Both the position numbers and the translations under genes were made by a program. From assembly GCA_007131165.1 (NCBI GenBank), contig SLRB01000164.1:1-39374 (forward strand): 39,374 nucleotides of DNA. The letters run 5' to 3'. The stretch comes from Bacteroidales bacterium (lineage in GTDB: Bacteria; Bacteroidota; Bacteroidia; Bacteroidales; PUMT01). Under the pieces are notes generated by a model. The model was not told the origin of the DNA, searched no databases, and worked only from the letters and a program-made list of their open reading frames with translations. Within the stretch, counting starts at the first letter, position 1. Each line of letters begins with the position of its first letter. Shown here piece by piece: positions 20,101-28,581 of this stretch.

Positions 20101-23100
20101 GACCACAGATGGCGGGAATATTATAAGCGACCGGTACCAGATGGACATCGAGGTGGATGCACCCGGCGAATATACCCTTACAGTCCGCCATCCCGTATCA
20201 GGCTGCCCCTCATCGGCCACTGTTACAGCCGGCCACACCGAAGAGGTGCCGCTTATAGATGTCGACAGCTATCCCCAAAAAATTACATGCGGAAACGGTA
20301 CTGTCCAACTTTATGGTGCTCCGGCAGATCTTTCACATAGTTTTGAATGGTCGACTGAAAACGGGAACATCGTTTCCGGATCTGACGGGTTCGAACCTGT
20401 TGTAGACAGGGCGGGGACTTATTTGATAACGGTTACTGACCCTGTAACCGGATGCAGCAACCAGGCTGGTATAACAGTGGAAGAGGATATGGCCGCCCCG
20501 GAATTCACTATTGCCGATCCCGGTCAGTTTACCTGCGAAACCGGTTATGTGCAACTGAAGGCCACAGTTACATCAGGAGAGACCGATGTTGATTATGCCT
20601 GGACAACCGGTGGTGGGGGCACTATTTGGCCGGGTGACGAGAATGTGGCCAATCCAAGGGTCACAACAACCGGCACATATACGCTTACTGTTACCAATAA
20701 CACCAACCTGTGCACAACAACCAAAGATGTAACGGTCAGTGAGAACACTGTCCCGCCAAATGTTTCGGCCGATAAAAATCCCGATAAGCTTACCTGCGAA
20801 AGGACGGAGGTTATTCTTTCAGGAAACTCCAATACCGGTGGGGCCACTTTTAAATGGTCGTCTGCAGATGGACATCCGGTTTACAACTCCACAACAAGAC
20901 ACCCCAGGGTAACCATGCCGGGTACATATATACTGACGGTGACCGATCCTGCCAATGGATGCACCGCCCAGACAGAGGTGACTGTAATAAGCGATACGGA
21001 AGCACCTCACGTGCATATCGAGCCCGGCCCGGGTATTCTTACCTGCAGCGTAACATCGGTCATGCTTGAAGGGAGTTCAAATACTGCCGGTGTAAGTTAC
21101 AGGTGGACAGGCCCGGTACTGGTTGAAAGCCCTGGTAACAAGGTAGTGTACGTAAGCGAGCCAGGCAGGTATTATCTTACTGTCACAAGGAATTCTACAG
21201 GATGTACATCTACTGCTTACATTGATATTATACAGGATACCGAAGTACCTGCTCCCCCGTCTGCTGACGATGCAATTGCATGCTTTGGCGGCGATCCTGT
21301 TACCCTTGCAGCTACCGGAAGCAACATCCGCTGGTATGACCACAGCAATCTTTCTGACGGGGCTCTCATAAAAGAAGACGATACGTATACCCCGGCAGAA
21401 AACGGAGCAGGGAACCACTATTACTATGTTACCCAGACCTCAGCAAACGGTTGCGAGAGTCCTGCAATACAGGTAAGATATACCATCAGGGAACTGCCTA
21501 CGGCACCGGCAACAGTAAGTGGTGAGGTATGCGAAGGCAGCCCGAATCCCCGCCTCAGGGCCATAGGCAGCAATATAAGCTGGTACGGTGATCATGGCGG
21601 ACCGGTGCTTGCTACTGGTGAATACTATACACCTGACCCTTCGGTAAATGCACCCGGGAAATATACATTCTATGCAAGCCGGACAGATGAGCATGGCTGT
21701 GAAAGTGATCTTACACCGGCCACCCTCACAATAAGGGAAATTCCCGCGGTTCCGGTAATCAGCGAAGCGCTGCTCGAAACCTGCGCCGGCGAACCAAACC
21801 CTCCCTTTTCAGCAACAGGCAAAAACATACGCTGGTACGGAAGCGCTACGGCCACAAACCACCTTTACAGCGGAAACGAGTACACTTCAACGAAAGTGAA
21901 TCCCGGAAGCTATGACTATTTTGTTTCACAAACGAGTGATCATGGCTGTGAGAGTGACAGGGCCGCAGCATCACTTGTGATAGTTGATAACCCGTCCAGG
22001 TTCGATGTTACCGGTGGAGGGACTTTCTGCGAGAACGCTTCCGGTGTGAGCGTAGGACTTGATAGTTCTGAGGCGGGAGTCGAATATACCCTTTGGCTTG
22101 ATGGCTCAACCATTATGGGAGATATTACCGGCACAGGAGCAGAGATTGATTTCGGTCTCCAGGATACGGAGGGTACATATACTATTACTGCAACCGGCAA
22201 TAACGGATGCAGCACGCCTATGAACGGAGCAGTAAGCGTATTGGTAAACCTCCTCCCTGCAACACCTGGTGTGATAAGCGGACAGGATTACGTGTGCCAG
22301 GGCAGCAGTGATGTACTTTATGAAATCGATCCTGTTGCCGGTGCAACTCATTACCACTGGGAAGTTCCGGCCGGATCGGTTATATCGTCGGGCAACGGCA
22401 CACGGTCAATAAGGGTTGATTTTTCGGCTGCGGCCGAAAGTGGCGCTATAAGAGTACGTGCAGTGAACAGTTGCGGTAACGGGCCTGTTTCGGGCGATTA
22501 TCTGGTAAATGTTGACAAACTGCCGGCTCCGGCAGGAAATATCACTGCAACCCCATTCAACAGCGAAGTGTGCAGGGGCGATCAGGAGGTTGTCTTTGAA
22601 GTTCCTGTAATAGATCATGCTACCTCATATGAGTGGTTCCTTCCTGCAGGTGCAACTATTTTACAGGGTGCCGGTACACGCACTGTAAAAGTTGGGTTCT
22701 CATCCGAAGCTGCCACCGGGAACCAGGAGGTTCGCGTCAGGGGAGTAAACGGATGCGGACAGGGCGAATTATCCGCTCCGCATACAGTGGCTGTGTATGC
22801 TCCGCCTGCGGTATCGGCAGGTGCCGACCAGCATTTATGCAGTGATAACACTGCCCTGCAGGGAAGTCCGGTACCCGGCGGCGGAACTGCACGTTGGGAA
22901 ACGGTGGCTGGTTATGCAGTGTTCAGCAGCAACAACATACCAGACCCTGGTATCAGCTCCCTGGCTATGGGGGAAAACATATTTACCTACACTGTAACCC
23001 TTGAAGCATGTTCGGTTACTGATACGGTGAGAATTTTCAACAACCAGGTGCTTGTCGATGCAGGGAGTGACAGGGTAATCTGCTCCGAAGAGATAACACT

Positions 23101-26100
23101 TCAGGGGTCAGCGGTACCCGAAAATGCTACAGGGTTATGGACAGCTGTAACCGGCAGCGCCTCATTTTCCGATGCCAGCCGGAGTAATTCAAAAGCCGGC
23201 AATTTTGATTACGGCGATAACAGGCTGCGGTGGACTATCACTAAAAACGGGTGCAAAAGCAGTGATGAGGTAACAATTACAAATCACCGCCCCCCGATGG
23301 CAAATGCTGGTAATGATATCACCACATGTAACAGCGAGGCTTACCTTGATGCCTCACATCCTTCGCAGGGAGAGGGAGAATGGCAGGTTATATCAGGCAA
23401 GGCAGTGTTCGATAACCCGTCTGATCCGCAAACCCGGGCACAGAGCCTTGACAGGGGAATGAACAGGATTGCCTGGGTTGTGAGCAACCACGGATGCACG
23501 CTGGGCGACACCATTACTATTACCAACATCGATATTGACATCAGCGCAGGCGAAAACCAGGAGCTGTGCGATTCACGTACCACCCTTGACGGAACAGTTC
23601 CCCCTGAAGGTTCAACCGGAGAATGGTCGGTGGCAAGGGGAGCGGCAACTTTCATGGACAGGAATGCCCATGATACAAGGGTGTCGGGACTGGCGTCGGG
23701 TACTAATGAGGTGGTATGGACAATCACCAGGAACGGCTGCAGGTTTTCCGACACGGTCATCCTTACCAACAATATGCCCACTCAGGCAAATGCGGGCCCC
23801 GACCAGGAAGTTACAGTCAACCATGCGCAGCTGGAAGCCAATAACCCGGCTATTGGTACAGGCATATGGTCGGTTATGAACGGATCGGGAATATTCAGCG
23901 ATCCAGCCGGCAATACCGCAACAGTAACTGAACTCTCACCCGGGCCCAATACTTTCCGCTGGACCATAACGCATAATGGCTGTGAATCAACAAGTGATGT
24001 TACGATCAACAATGGAAGCCTTGAATCGATCTATGCAGGTGAGGACCAGCAACTATGCTCAGATGCAACCATGCTGGAGGCCACTGAGCCACCTTTCGGG
24101 TTCGGGGTATGGACGATCAGGCAGGGCACCGCACGGTTTGAAAATAACGAACAGGCAGATACCAGGGTCTATGATCTCGGACGGGGTGAAAATATCCTGC
24201 GGTGGAGCGTTACCATAGGTTCTACAGAATACTATGATGAGGTAACCATCACCAACAATATGCCTACTGTTGCCAATGCCGGTACCGGCAGGTCATTGTG
24301 CTCCTCATCGTTTACCCTCGCGGGTAACGAGCCGCTGACAGGTTCAGGCAGGTGGACGATAGAGGGGGGCTCGGCAGTGATAGACGACCAGTCTTTGCAT
24401 AACTCACCTGTTTATGATCTGGCGCAGGGGAGCAACCTTTTCAGGTGGACCATCACCAATGCAAACTGTGTATCATCAGACATAGTGGTCATAAGCAATG
24501 ATATTCCCACAACACCCGACGCGGGTGAGGATATATCATCCTGCGACGGAACAGCCGAGCTGTTCCCCAACACACCGACCATAGGTACAGGCGGATGGAG
24601 CGTTATCAGCGGGTCAGGTTCATTTGACGGGAACTCTGTAAGCAACCTTGCAAACGGAGAAAACAGGTTACTGTACACCATCAGGAACAACCAGTGTGAA
24701 TTGTCGGACGAAGTAGTCGTTACCAGCTATAAACCAACTATTGCCGATGCCGGGTACAATATGAATGTATGTGTTGATTCTGTTGACCTTAATGCAAACC
24801 AGCCTAACCAGTCAATAGGTGAAACGGGAAGGTGGACGGTGATCAGCGGATCGGGCAGGTTCGAAGATCCCGGAAGGGCAAATACCACCGTACACGATCT
24901 TGCTCCCGGGAGAAATGTATTCAGATGGACGGTCGACAACCAGGGGTGCACCAGCTACGATGAGATTGAGGTTAGTTACGACCATATTCCCGCACATGCA
25001 GGGTATGATATAACAACATGTGACAGTGAAGTAACCCTCAACGCCAACAACCCCGGAAATGGTGCCGGCGAATGGACAATAAGAGGCGGATCGGGATCAG
25101 CGGTCTTTGAAAGCCCCAACAGTCCGAATACTCATGTAAGCGGACTGGACAGGGGTAACAACATTCTAAGATGGACTATAACCAATAACCGGTGTGTTTC
25201 CTTTGACGAGATAACAGTCCGCAACAGCAGTCCCAGTAACGCCTGGGCCGGATCGGACCAGATAATCTGTACAGATTCGGTTCAGCTGTCTGCCCGCAAC
25301 CCGGTAACCGGGCAGGGTACATGGTCGGTTATCAACGGGTCGGGCAGGTTTGATGATGACAGCCAGTACAATACTGCCGTCCGTGGGGTAGGCCCGGGCG
25401 CAAACACCTTCAGGTGGACTGTTGAGCATGAGGGCTGCACTTCAACCGATGAGGTGGTCATTAGGAACAATAAACCGCTTGACACCTACGCGGGGAATGA
25501 CCAGGTGCTGTGCGACGATACCGCTATCCTCACGGCCAATCAGCCCGAACAGGGAACCGGCGTGTGGAGCATTGTTCAGGGAGCCGGTGTTATTGAAGAT
25601 GCCTACAGCAACGAAACTGTTGTAAACGCCCTTGCCCCGGATGAAAACATTTTGCGGTGGACTGTAACAAACGGCCAATGCAGCGATTACAGCGATATCA
25701 GGATTGTGAACAACAAACCGGCCACTGCACTGGCGGGAGCAGACAGGGTGATCTGCAGCGATAAGACCGTGCTTGAAGGCAATATCCCCCTGGAAGGTAC
25801 GGGAAGATGGAGCGTTATAAGCGGCTCGGGGTTTTTCGAAGATGCTGCTGCACATAACTCCGAGGTTACAAGGTTGTCGCGCGGGAGAAATATTCTGCGC
25901 TGGACCATCACAAAGGAAAACTGCGCCTCAATAAGCGATGTAATCATTCAAAATGATATGCCCAGCATACCAAATGCAGGAGCAGACATCGCAGTATGCG
26001 GCAACAGCACTCCTCTTAACGGCAACATGCCGGCTGTCGGAACTGGAAGGTGGAGCCTCGTAAGCGGTTCGGGTTCATTCGACGATCCGGCCAGGAGCAA

Positions 26101-27256
26101 CACTTCAGTAACCGGCCTGGGGCAGGGAGTCAACGTTTTAAGATGGACCATCACCAACAACGAATGTTCGTTATCAGACGAAGCTGAGGTGAGAAACAAC
26201 ACTACCGATGTATATGCAGGCCCTGACCAGCTGGTTTATGAAGATGCCGCTACCCTTTCGGGGAATACACCGGCGAGGGGTAACGGACTATGGAGCGTCG
26301 ATGCCGGGGGAGGCAGTATTAACGATCCCTCCTCACCTGAAACAAGGGTTGAGGGCATCAAGGAAGGGGTCAATACTTTTGTATGGGCAGTGGATATCGA
26401 CGGGTGCATATCATCAGATGAGGTCAGGATCACATATTACCGGCAGCCTGTATCCAGCTTTTCGGTAAGCCATACCGGGGGATGCCCTCCACTGCAGGTA
26501 AGATTCACAAAAACAACCACCGGCAATTACCCGTTCAGGTGGTACCTGGGCGAGGAGGGGTCCGGAACCCTTGAAGAAAACCCCGTCTACACATATGACG
26601 AGCCTGGCAGATATGCAGCAAGGCTTTACATAACCGGAGCCGACGGACAGGAGGTGGTAAGCGAAAGGATAATTACAGTACATGAACCTCCTGCAGCAAG
26701 CTTCGAGCTTGCCCCTGCTGAACTTTACATTCCCGGCAATGAGCTGAGAACATACAACTATTCATATAACAGTGAATATTATTTGTGGGACTTCGGCGAC
26801 GGAAACACCTCCGATGAAGTCAACCCGGTACACATGTACGAGAACGAGGGTTCTTTCGATGTCAGCCTTAAAGTATGGTCGGCCGAAGGATGTACCGATT
26901 CCCTCACTTACGGGATGCCGGTCACGGTAACCCAGACAACACGAGTCAGGTTCCCGTCGGCCTTTACCCCCAATGAGGCAGGAGGAAGCGGAGGCAGGTA
27001 CGACCGCAATGATTTCTCAAACCAGGTATTTTACCCGGTTATGATAAACGGCAATATCGATAACTACAGGCTGGAGATCTTCAACCGATGGGGGGTGAAG
27101 TTGTTTGAGAGCGACGATATAGAGGTCGGATGGGACGGATACTATCGCGGACAACTGGTGGCAGAGGATATCTATATATTCAGGGTTACCGGCAGGCTTA
27201 ACAGCGGGGAGAAGTTTACAGAAACAGGCGACTTCCTTCTGATGAGAAGAGATTGA
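14153..27256 (+). CDS. giant (4367 aa) T9SS-secreted multi-Ig/PKD-repeat protein with type-B (gliding-motility-associated) C-terminal sorting domain
   Basis: Signal peptide ending AWS|Q, about 51 tandem ~80-90 aa beta-rich domains, two PKD domains (YLWDFGDG...NP.H.Y...G.F.V.L.V) and CTD FPSAFTPN...N..FYP....IFNRWG..LF.....GWDG.Y.G......Y. Followed by PorP/SprF. Confidence 0.95.
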   Translation: MTYPLTPLPWHTPCIRILMILTMWIMAVTAWSQDPEWDEVVTICHDTYILEADISSSGTGGEGWQLLGGSGSFDPLDTRITTVTGIGMGENRYWYDGPGNHDYYIMVIRVEPPVFTLTAPETFCGSDDIITLTLSGSDSDYHYNLYRNGALFIEGTPGTGDPLTWIVDEPGTFTAEAVLNMANSDCRVWMNGEVDVIIAPLPQVYQLIAPHGNDMCEGSQATLTLDGSDPGISYQLYLGNEAYGTARGGTGDPVSWSVSEAGSYHVVAVDNMTGCTETMEGTVSLTELQSPQSWPLSPSSASYCGGAGGSVTLTLGGSQTDVSYQLLRYGNPVDGSLLAGTGGPLEWDVSLYGPYTVIATDDINNCQSQMDNAAVVSRLTKYSVGSSASYYCEGEGGVDITLGGSQSGVTYRLYRDGHFNSSKPGTGNPLTWENMKAGTYLVYARKDGIDCLMGETTVSVITFDANLLDPVDAICQGDQAQLNATGGEHYLWEPSESLSNNTIADPVATPSVTTEYTVTITDEYGCQASRSVTVTVHSVPVANAGSNRTICFGESVRLNATGGTTYHWSPAEGLSATDIPDPEASPVSTTQYTVAVFNDQGCMSTDKVTVTVNPVPTVNAGPDVSICEGEGTTLEVTGDAGSYEWSTGETTGSIAVSPLSTSVYRVTGTYTDTGCSASDEVRVEVSPLPMEFAVTGGGSFCEGTGGLPVGLNGSEPGVNYSLYRNGEYSGPTIAGDGNAISFGNKDMEGIYTVSAMNTASACTYQMAGHAELVKNRLPGPAQSVTGSNPVCPGSTVEYSVAEIARAESYRWDLPPNATITAGNGTRNITVYYPANAVSGTISVRGVNDCGEGTSSGADITVRLLPEPAGVITGETVVCEGTFNIKYTIEPVANATSYQWELPPGAILYSTSVDETQIIADYPGGSITGDITVTPVNSCGMGEQASLAITVNPVPNLTLSEPADELDCSDNRVTLSASSSTPGVSWSWTAHNGGNITGGAGTNQPEVNMPGTYRVSATAGGCSAHGEIRVTRNTEAPEDVKITRSGDRITCNDPLMTLTASTTSTFEVTYSWSASGGGNIVSGENSATPVIDRGGYYTVVATSSETSCMASPVTILIDEDTVSPDLSDMDLLVSGDISCLNSQVQLSADPPLSGSFVWSSDDGNIDNPLSPSPYADSPGIYTVTVTGDNGCSAEKAVQVFSDYRAPENIWVNMNPGTLNCLDDEVVLEGSSTTEGAQYQWTGPGIVSGETTATPVVNLPGEYTMTVTHPESGCTGEAPVTVEEDLASPSVSFPSLPGTITCNNPSIQLESHTSAADPLYEWFDNNNNLIEGQTTGTLTVTTGGTYTLRVTDQANHCRAESSITVKEDTTPPGASITAPAAITCNDPEITLHGSSPAGGVTPLWTTTGGNIVTGSTSFNPSVNSAGSYLLTVTDPGNGCSSEALVIVQEDKEPPVIVNFTTAPSPLSCINNLTELTGNAANATLLWSGPEGAAISDPSAPATYADTPGIYRLTATNTGNGCEAYREAEVTMVEDIPEGLEILPFENLSCARETTTLTATSSTAGTTFRWEAGEEGTILSDPGHETVTIGSAGTYTVYAAHPVTGCETESTAEAGFLSAAPTINLPAGLPEKITCNNLLTGVQLSATVEPAGAALLWEGPGTIDNHTTDSPTVYEPGLYTITAAHPETGCTSFKTLEVKSNMVSPEIISFNGPGTVTCAEPGITISPELSEGSFSYRWAEASADATIKGSETNKAVVVTSGGIYTLTVTDLVNGCETSKSVAIDEDKVKPGISVDDNPPDITCKNSLSGLYGTSATSGVAYLWDGPGNIINPATETPTVDQPGTYTLTVTDMANGCISTASVTVGENKVPPPAPAVLDPEELSCNNEWTELQVSPYIEGVDYHWSANGTGTIINGNTDVAAVNSPGTYTVTVTDRINGCTSSAEVTVSMNEEVPDVAITGGPYMITCATTSLTITGSSPDGANPVWTTDGGNIISDRYQMDIEVDAPGEYTLTVRHPVSGCPSSATVTAGHTEEVPLIDVDSYPQKITCGNGTVQLYGAPADLSHSFEWSTENGNIVSGSDGFEPVVDRAGTYLITVTDPVTGCSNQAGITVEEDMAAPEFTIADPGQFTCETGYVQLKATVTSGETDVDYAWTTGGGGTIWPGDENVANPRVTTTGTYTLTVTNNTNLCTTTKDVTVSENTVPPNVSADKNPDKLTCERTEVILSGNSNTGGATFKWSSADGHPVYNSTTRHPRVTMPGTYILTVTDPANGCTAQTEVTVISDTEAPHVHIEPGPGILTCSVTSVMLEGSSNTAGVSYRWTGPVLVESPGNKVVYVSEPGRYYLTVTRNSTGCTSTAYIDIIQDTEVPAPPSADDAIACFGGDPVTLAATGSNIRWYDHSNLSDGALIKEDDTYTPAENGAGNHYYYVTQTSANGCESPAIQVRYTIRELPTAPATVSGEVCEGSPNPRLRAIGSNISWYGDHGGPVLATGEYYTPDPSVNAPGKYTFYASRTDEHGCESDLTPATLTIREIPAVPVISEALLETCAGEPNPPFSATGKNIRWYGSATATNHLYSGNEYTSTKVNPGSYDYFVSQTSDHGCESDRAAASLVIVDNPSRFDVTGGGTFCENASGVSVGLDSSEAGVEYTLWLDGSTIMGDITGTGAEIDFGLQDTEGTYTITATGNNGCSTPMNGAVSVLVNLLPATPGVISGQDYVCQGSSDVLYEIDPVAGATHYHWEVPAGSVISSGNGTRSIRVDFSAAAESGAIRVRAVNSCGNGPVSGDYLVNVDKLPAPAGNITATPFNSEVCRGDQEVVFEVPVIDHATSYEWFLPAGATILQGAGTRTVKVGFSSEAATGNQEVRVRGVNGCGQGELSAPHTVAVYAPPAVSAGADQHLCSDNTALQGSPVPGGGTARWETVAGYAVFSSNNIPDPGISSLAMGENIFTYTVTLEACSVTDTVRIFNNQVLVDAGSDRVICSEEITLQGSAVPENATGLWTAVTGSASFSDASRSNSKAGNFDYGDNRLRWTITKNGCKSSDEVTITNHRPPMANAGNDITTCNSEAYLDASHPSQGEGEWQVISGKAVFDNPSDPQTRAQSLDRGMNRIAWVVSNHGCTLGDTITITNIDIDISAGENQELCDSRTTLDGTVPPEGSTGEWSVARGAATFMDRNAHDTRVSGLASGTNEVVWTITRNGCRFSDTVILTNNMPTQANAGPDQEVTVNHAQLEANNPAIGTGIWSVMNGSGIFSDPAGNTATVTELSPGPNTFRWTITHNGCESTSDVTINNGSLESIYAGEDQQLCSDATMLEATEPPFGFGVWTIRQGTARFENNEQADTRVYDLGRGENILRWSVTIGSTEYYDEVTITNNMPTVANAGTGRSLCSSSFTLAGNEPLTGSGRWTIEGGSAVIDDQSLHNSPVYDLAQGSNLFRWTITNANCVSSDIVVISNDIPTTPDAGEDISSCDGTAELFPNTPTIGTGGWSVISGSGSFDGNSVSNLANGENRLLYTIRNNQCELSDEVVVTSYKPTIADAGYNMNVCVDSVDLNANQPNQSIGETGRWTVISGSGRFEDPGRANTTVHDLAPGRNVFRWTVDNQGCTSYDEIEVSYDHIPAHAGYDITTCDSEVTLNANNPGNGAGEWTIRGGSGSAVFESPNSPNTHVSGLDRGNNILRWTITNNRCVSFDEITVRNSSPSNAWAGSDQIICTDSVQLSARNPVTGQGTWSVINGSGRFDDDSQYNTAVRGVGPGANTFRWTVEHEGCTSTDEVVIRNNKPLDTYAGNDQVLCDDTAILTANQPEQGTGVWSIVQGAGVIEDAYSNETVVNALAPDENILRWTVTNGQCSDYSDIRIVNNKPATALAGADRVICSDKTVLEGNIPLEGTGRWSVISGSGFFEDAAAHNSEVTRLSRGRNILRWTITKENCASISDVIIQNDMPSIPNAGADIAVCGNSTPLNGNMPAVGTGRWSLVSGSGSFDDPARSNTSVTGLGQGVNVLRWTITNNECSLSDEAEVRNNTTDVYAGPDQLVYEDAATLSGNTPARGNGLWSVDAGGGSINDPSSPETRVEGIKEGVNTFVWAVDIDGCISSDEVRITYYRQPVSSFSVSHTGGCPPLQVRFTKTTTGNYPFRWYLGEEGSGTLEENPVYTYDEPGRYAARLYITGADGQEVVSERIITVHEPPAASFELAPAELYIPGNELRTYNYSYNSEYYLWDFGDGNTSDEVNPVHMYENEGSFDVSLKVWSAEGCTDSLTYGMPVTVTQTTRVRFPSAFTPNEAGGSGGRYDRNDFSNQVFYPVMINGNIDNYRLEIFNRWGVKLFESDDIEVGWDGYYRGQLVAEDIYIFRVTGRLNSGEKFTETGDFLLMRRD
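14492..15541 (+). repeat. 4 tandem type-A protein repeats (C.G....L.L.GS.....Y.LY..G......GTG.P..W.....G.Y.V.A....C..M)
   Basis: Manual alignment of the translation; diverged at DNA level. Confidence 0.8.
17012..21250 (+). repeat. 17 tandem type-B protein repeats (P..ITC.....L......Y.W....G.I......P.V..PG.Y.LTVT...NGC......V.ED...P)
   Basis: 17 units counted by hand, each with two Cys and one conserved Trp. Confidence 0.85.
21251..21994 (+). repeat. 3 tandem Ig_7-like repeats (C.G.P...L.A.G.NI.WY.......G..YT....G...YV.QT...GCES)
   Basis: NIRWY/NISWY and GCES motifs recur three times. Confidence 0.8.
22808..26449 (+). repeat. 15 tandem type-C protein repeats (AG.D...C.....L.AN.P..G.G.WSV.SGSG.F.D.....T.V..L..G.N.LRWTI.N..C.S.D.V.I.N)
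   Basis: 15 units of about 81 aa counted by hand. Confidence 0.88.
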
Positions 27257-27392
27257 GAATTAATATGCTTTTTGGTTCTTTTAGATATTAAGTATGATAA
27301 GAGTGGCAAACAATACAGCAAAACGAACCGGCAGCAAAAGCTGCCGGGCAACAGGAGTATTGCGAGGGAATGTCCATAGGCTGAAAAGCGCA

Positions 27393-28379
27393 ATGCTGCG
27401 ATTTCCGTTAATGGTACTTTTAACGGTACTGGTATTTTCGAACTCCTATTCGCAAAACCCGCAGTTTTCGCAATTCTATTCGGCACCCCTGAACCTGGGG
27501 CCATCGATGGCAGGATCTGCCAATGAAGGGCGCCTGGTTATGAACTACAGGGACCAATGGCCGAGGCTCTCAGGCCGGTTCGTGACCTATGCAGTATCCT
27601 ACGACCAGTACATAGATGATTTCAACAGTGGTATCGGGATCAGCGTGCTTCATGACAACGCGGGCGGCAGCAAGCTTACCTCAACAATGGCGGGAATAAG
27701 CTACTCTTACAGGATCAAAGCGGGGAGAGACCTTTTTTTTCAACCCGGACTGAAAACATATTACTACCAGAGAAGGATCAACTTCGAAAAGCTTACGTTT
27801 GCCGACCAGTTCTATGGGGAGACAGTCCTTCCCACAAGCATTCAGACCCCGCCTGAGCAGAACAGGGGACAGGTAAATTTCAGCTCATCACTGCTTGTTT
27901 TTACGGGCAATGTGTGGGCCGGGGCTACAGTTGGCCATTTGATGCAGCTCAATCAGGCTCTGGCCGACGATCCTGCATACATACCGCTCAGCCTTACCGG
28001 TTTTGGAGGGGTAACTTTCAGGCTGGCAGGAACACAACGGAACAGGGACGACCAGTCGGTCTCACTGGCCTGGCAGTTCAGACGGCAGTCGCAAATCAAC
28101 CAGCTCGACCTTGGAGCATATTACTTCAGGATGCCTTTCAGGATCGGTGTATGGTACAGGGGCATGCCCGATACGGGAACACCCTGGAACCGCGATGCTG
28201 TGGCAATATCCGGGGGTATACTTCTCGACCAGCTGCTCATCGGTTACAGTTATGATATGACGATCTCATCGATGTTACAGACAACCGGGGGTGCGCACGA
28301 AATAGCTGTAATCTACAGGTTTGGGAAACTCATTTCGGAGCTGAGGGGAATAGGGCAGGTCCCCTGCCCCCAGTTCTGA
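27393..28379 (+). CDS. PorP/SprF family T9SS outer-membrane protein
   Basis: Signal peptide ...SYS|QNPQFSQFY.APL.L.P..AG, NYRDQWP, SGIG....D.AG, G.WYRG, IGYSYD, GAHEI and C-terminal CP.F. It lies directly after a type-B CTD gene. ATG at 27393 gives a normal signal peptide (the track start is 27294). Confidence 0.92.
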   Translation: MLRFPLMVLLTVLVFSNSYSQNPQFSQFYSAPLNLGPSMAGSANEGRLVMNYRDQWPRLSGRFVTYAVSYDQYIDDFNSGIGISVLHDNAGGSKLTSTMAGISYSYRIKAGRDLFFQPGLKTYYYQRRINFEKLTFADQFYGETVLPTSIQTPPEQNRGQVNFSSSLLVFTGNVWAGATVGHLMQLNQALADDPAYIPLSLTGFGGVTFRLAGTQRNRDDQSVSLAWQFRRQSQINQLDLGAYYFRMPFRIGVWYRGMPDTGTPWNRDAVAISGGILLDQLLIGYSYDMTISSMLQTTGGAHEIAVIYRFGKLISELRGIGQVPCPQF

Positions 28380-28581
28380 AACCACTTGAGGGGATTAGCG
28401 CCGTGCCCGGCAATAATGACATGGTGCAGCAACGAAAAGGCCGGCAGTTTATTAAATTCTGTTTTCACCTGCATTCAGGATTTCAGCAATTTCAGGATTG
28501 GGCAACGGCCATATTGACAGCGCCTTACCAACTGCTTAATCCTGCACCGGTAATATAAGCGGTTTCAAGGCTGAGCAGCAA

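Noticed and set aside
17012-21250. Higher-order periodicity or DNA-level tandem repeats in the type-B array
   Set aside because: Units 6 and 13 resemble each other, but no consistent period is visible by eye and the DNA is too diverged for recent amplification.
14204-26683. Dozens of short ORFs within the giant gene
   Set aside because: Antisense or alternate-frame shadows produced by the repeat codon pattern; the long frame is uninterrupted.
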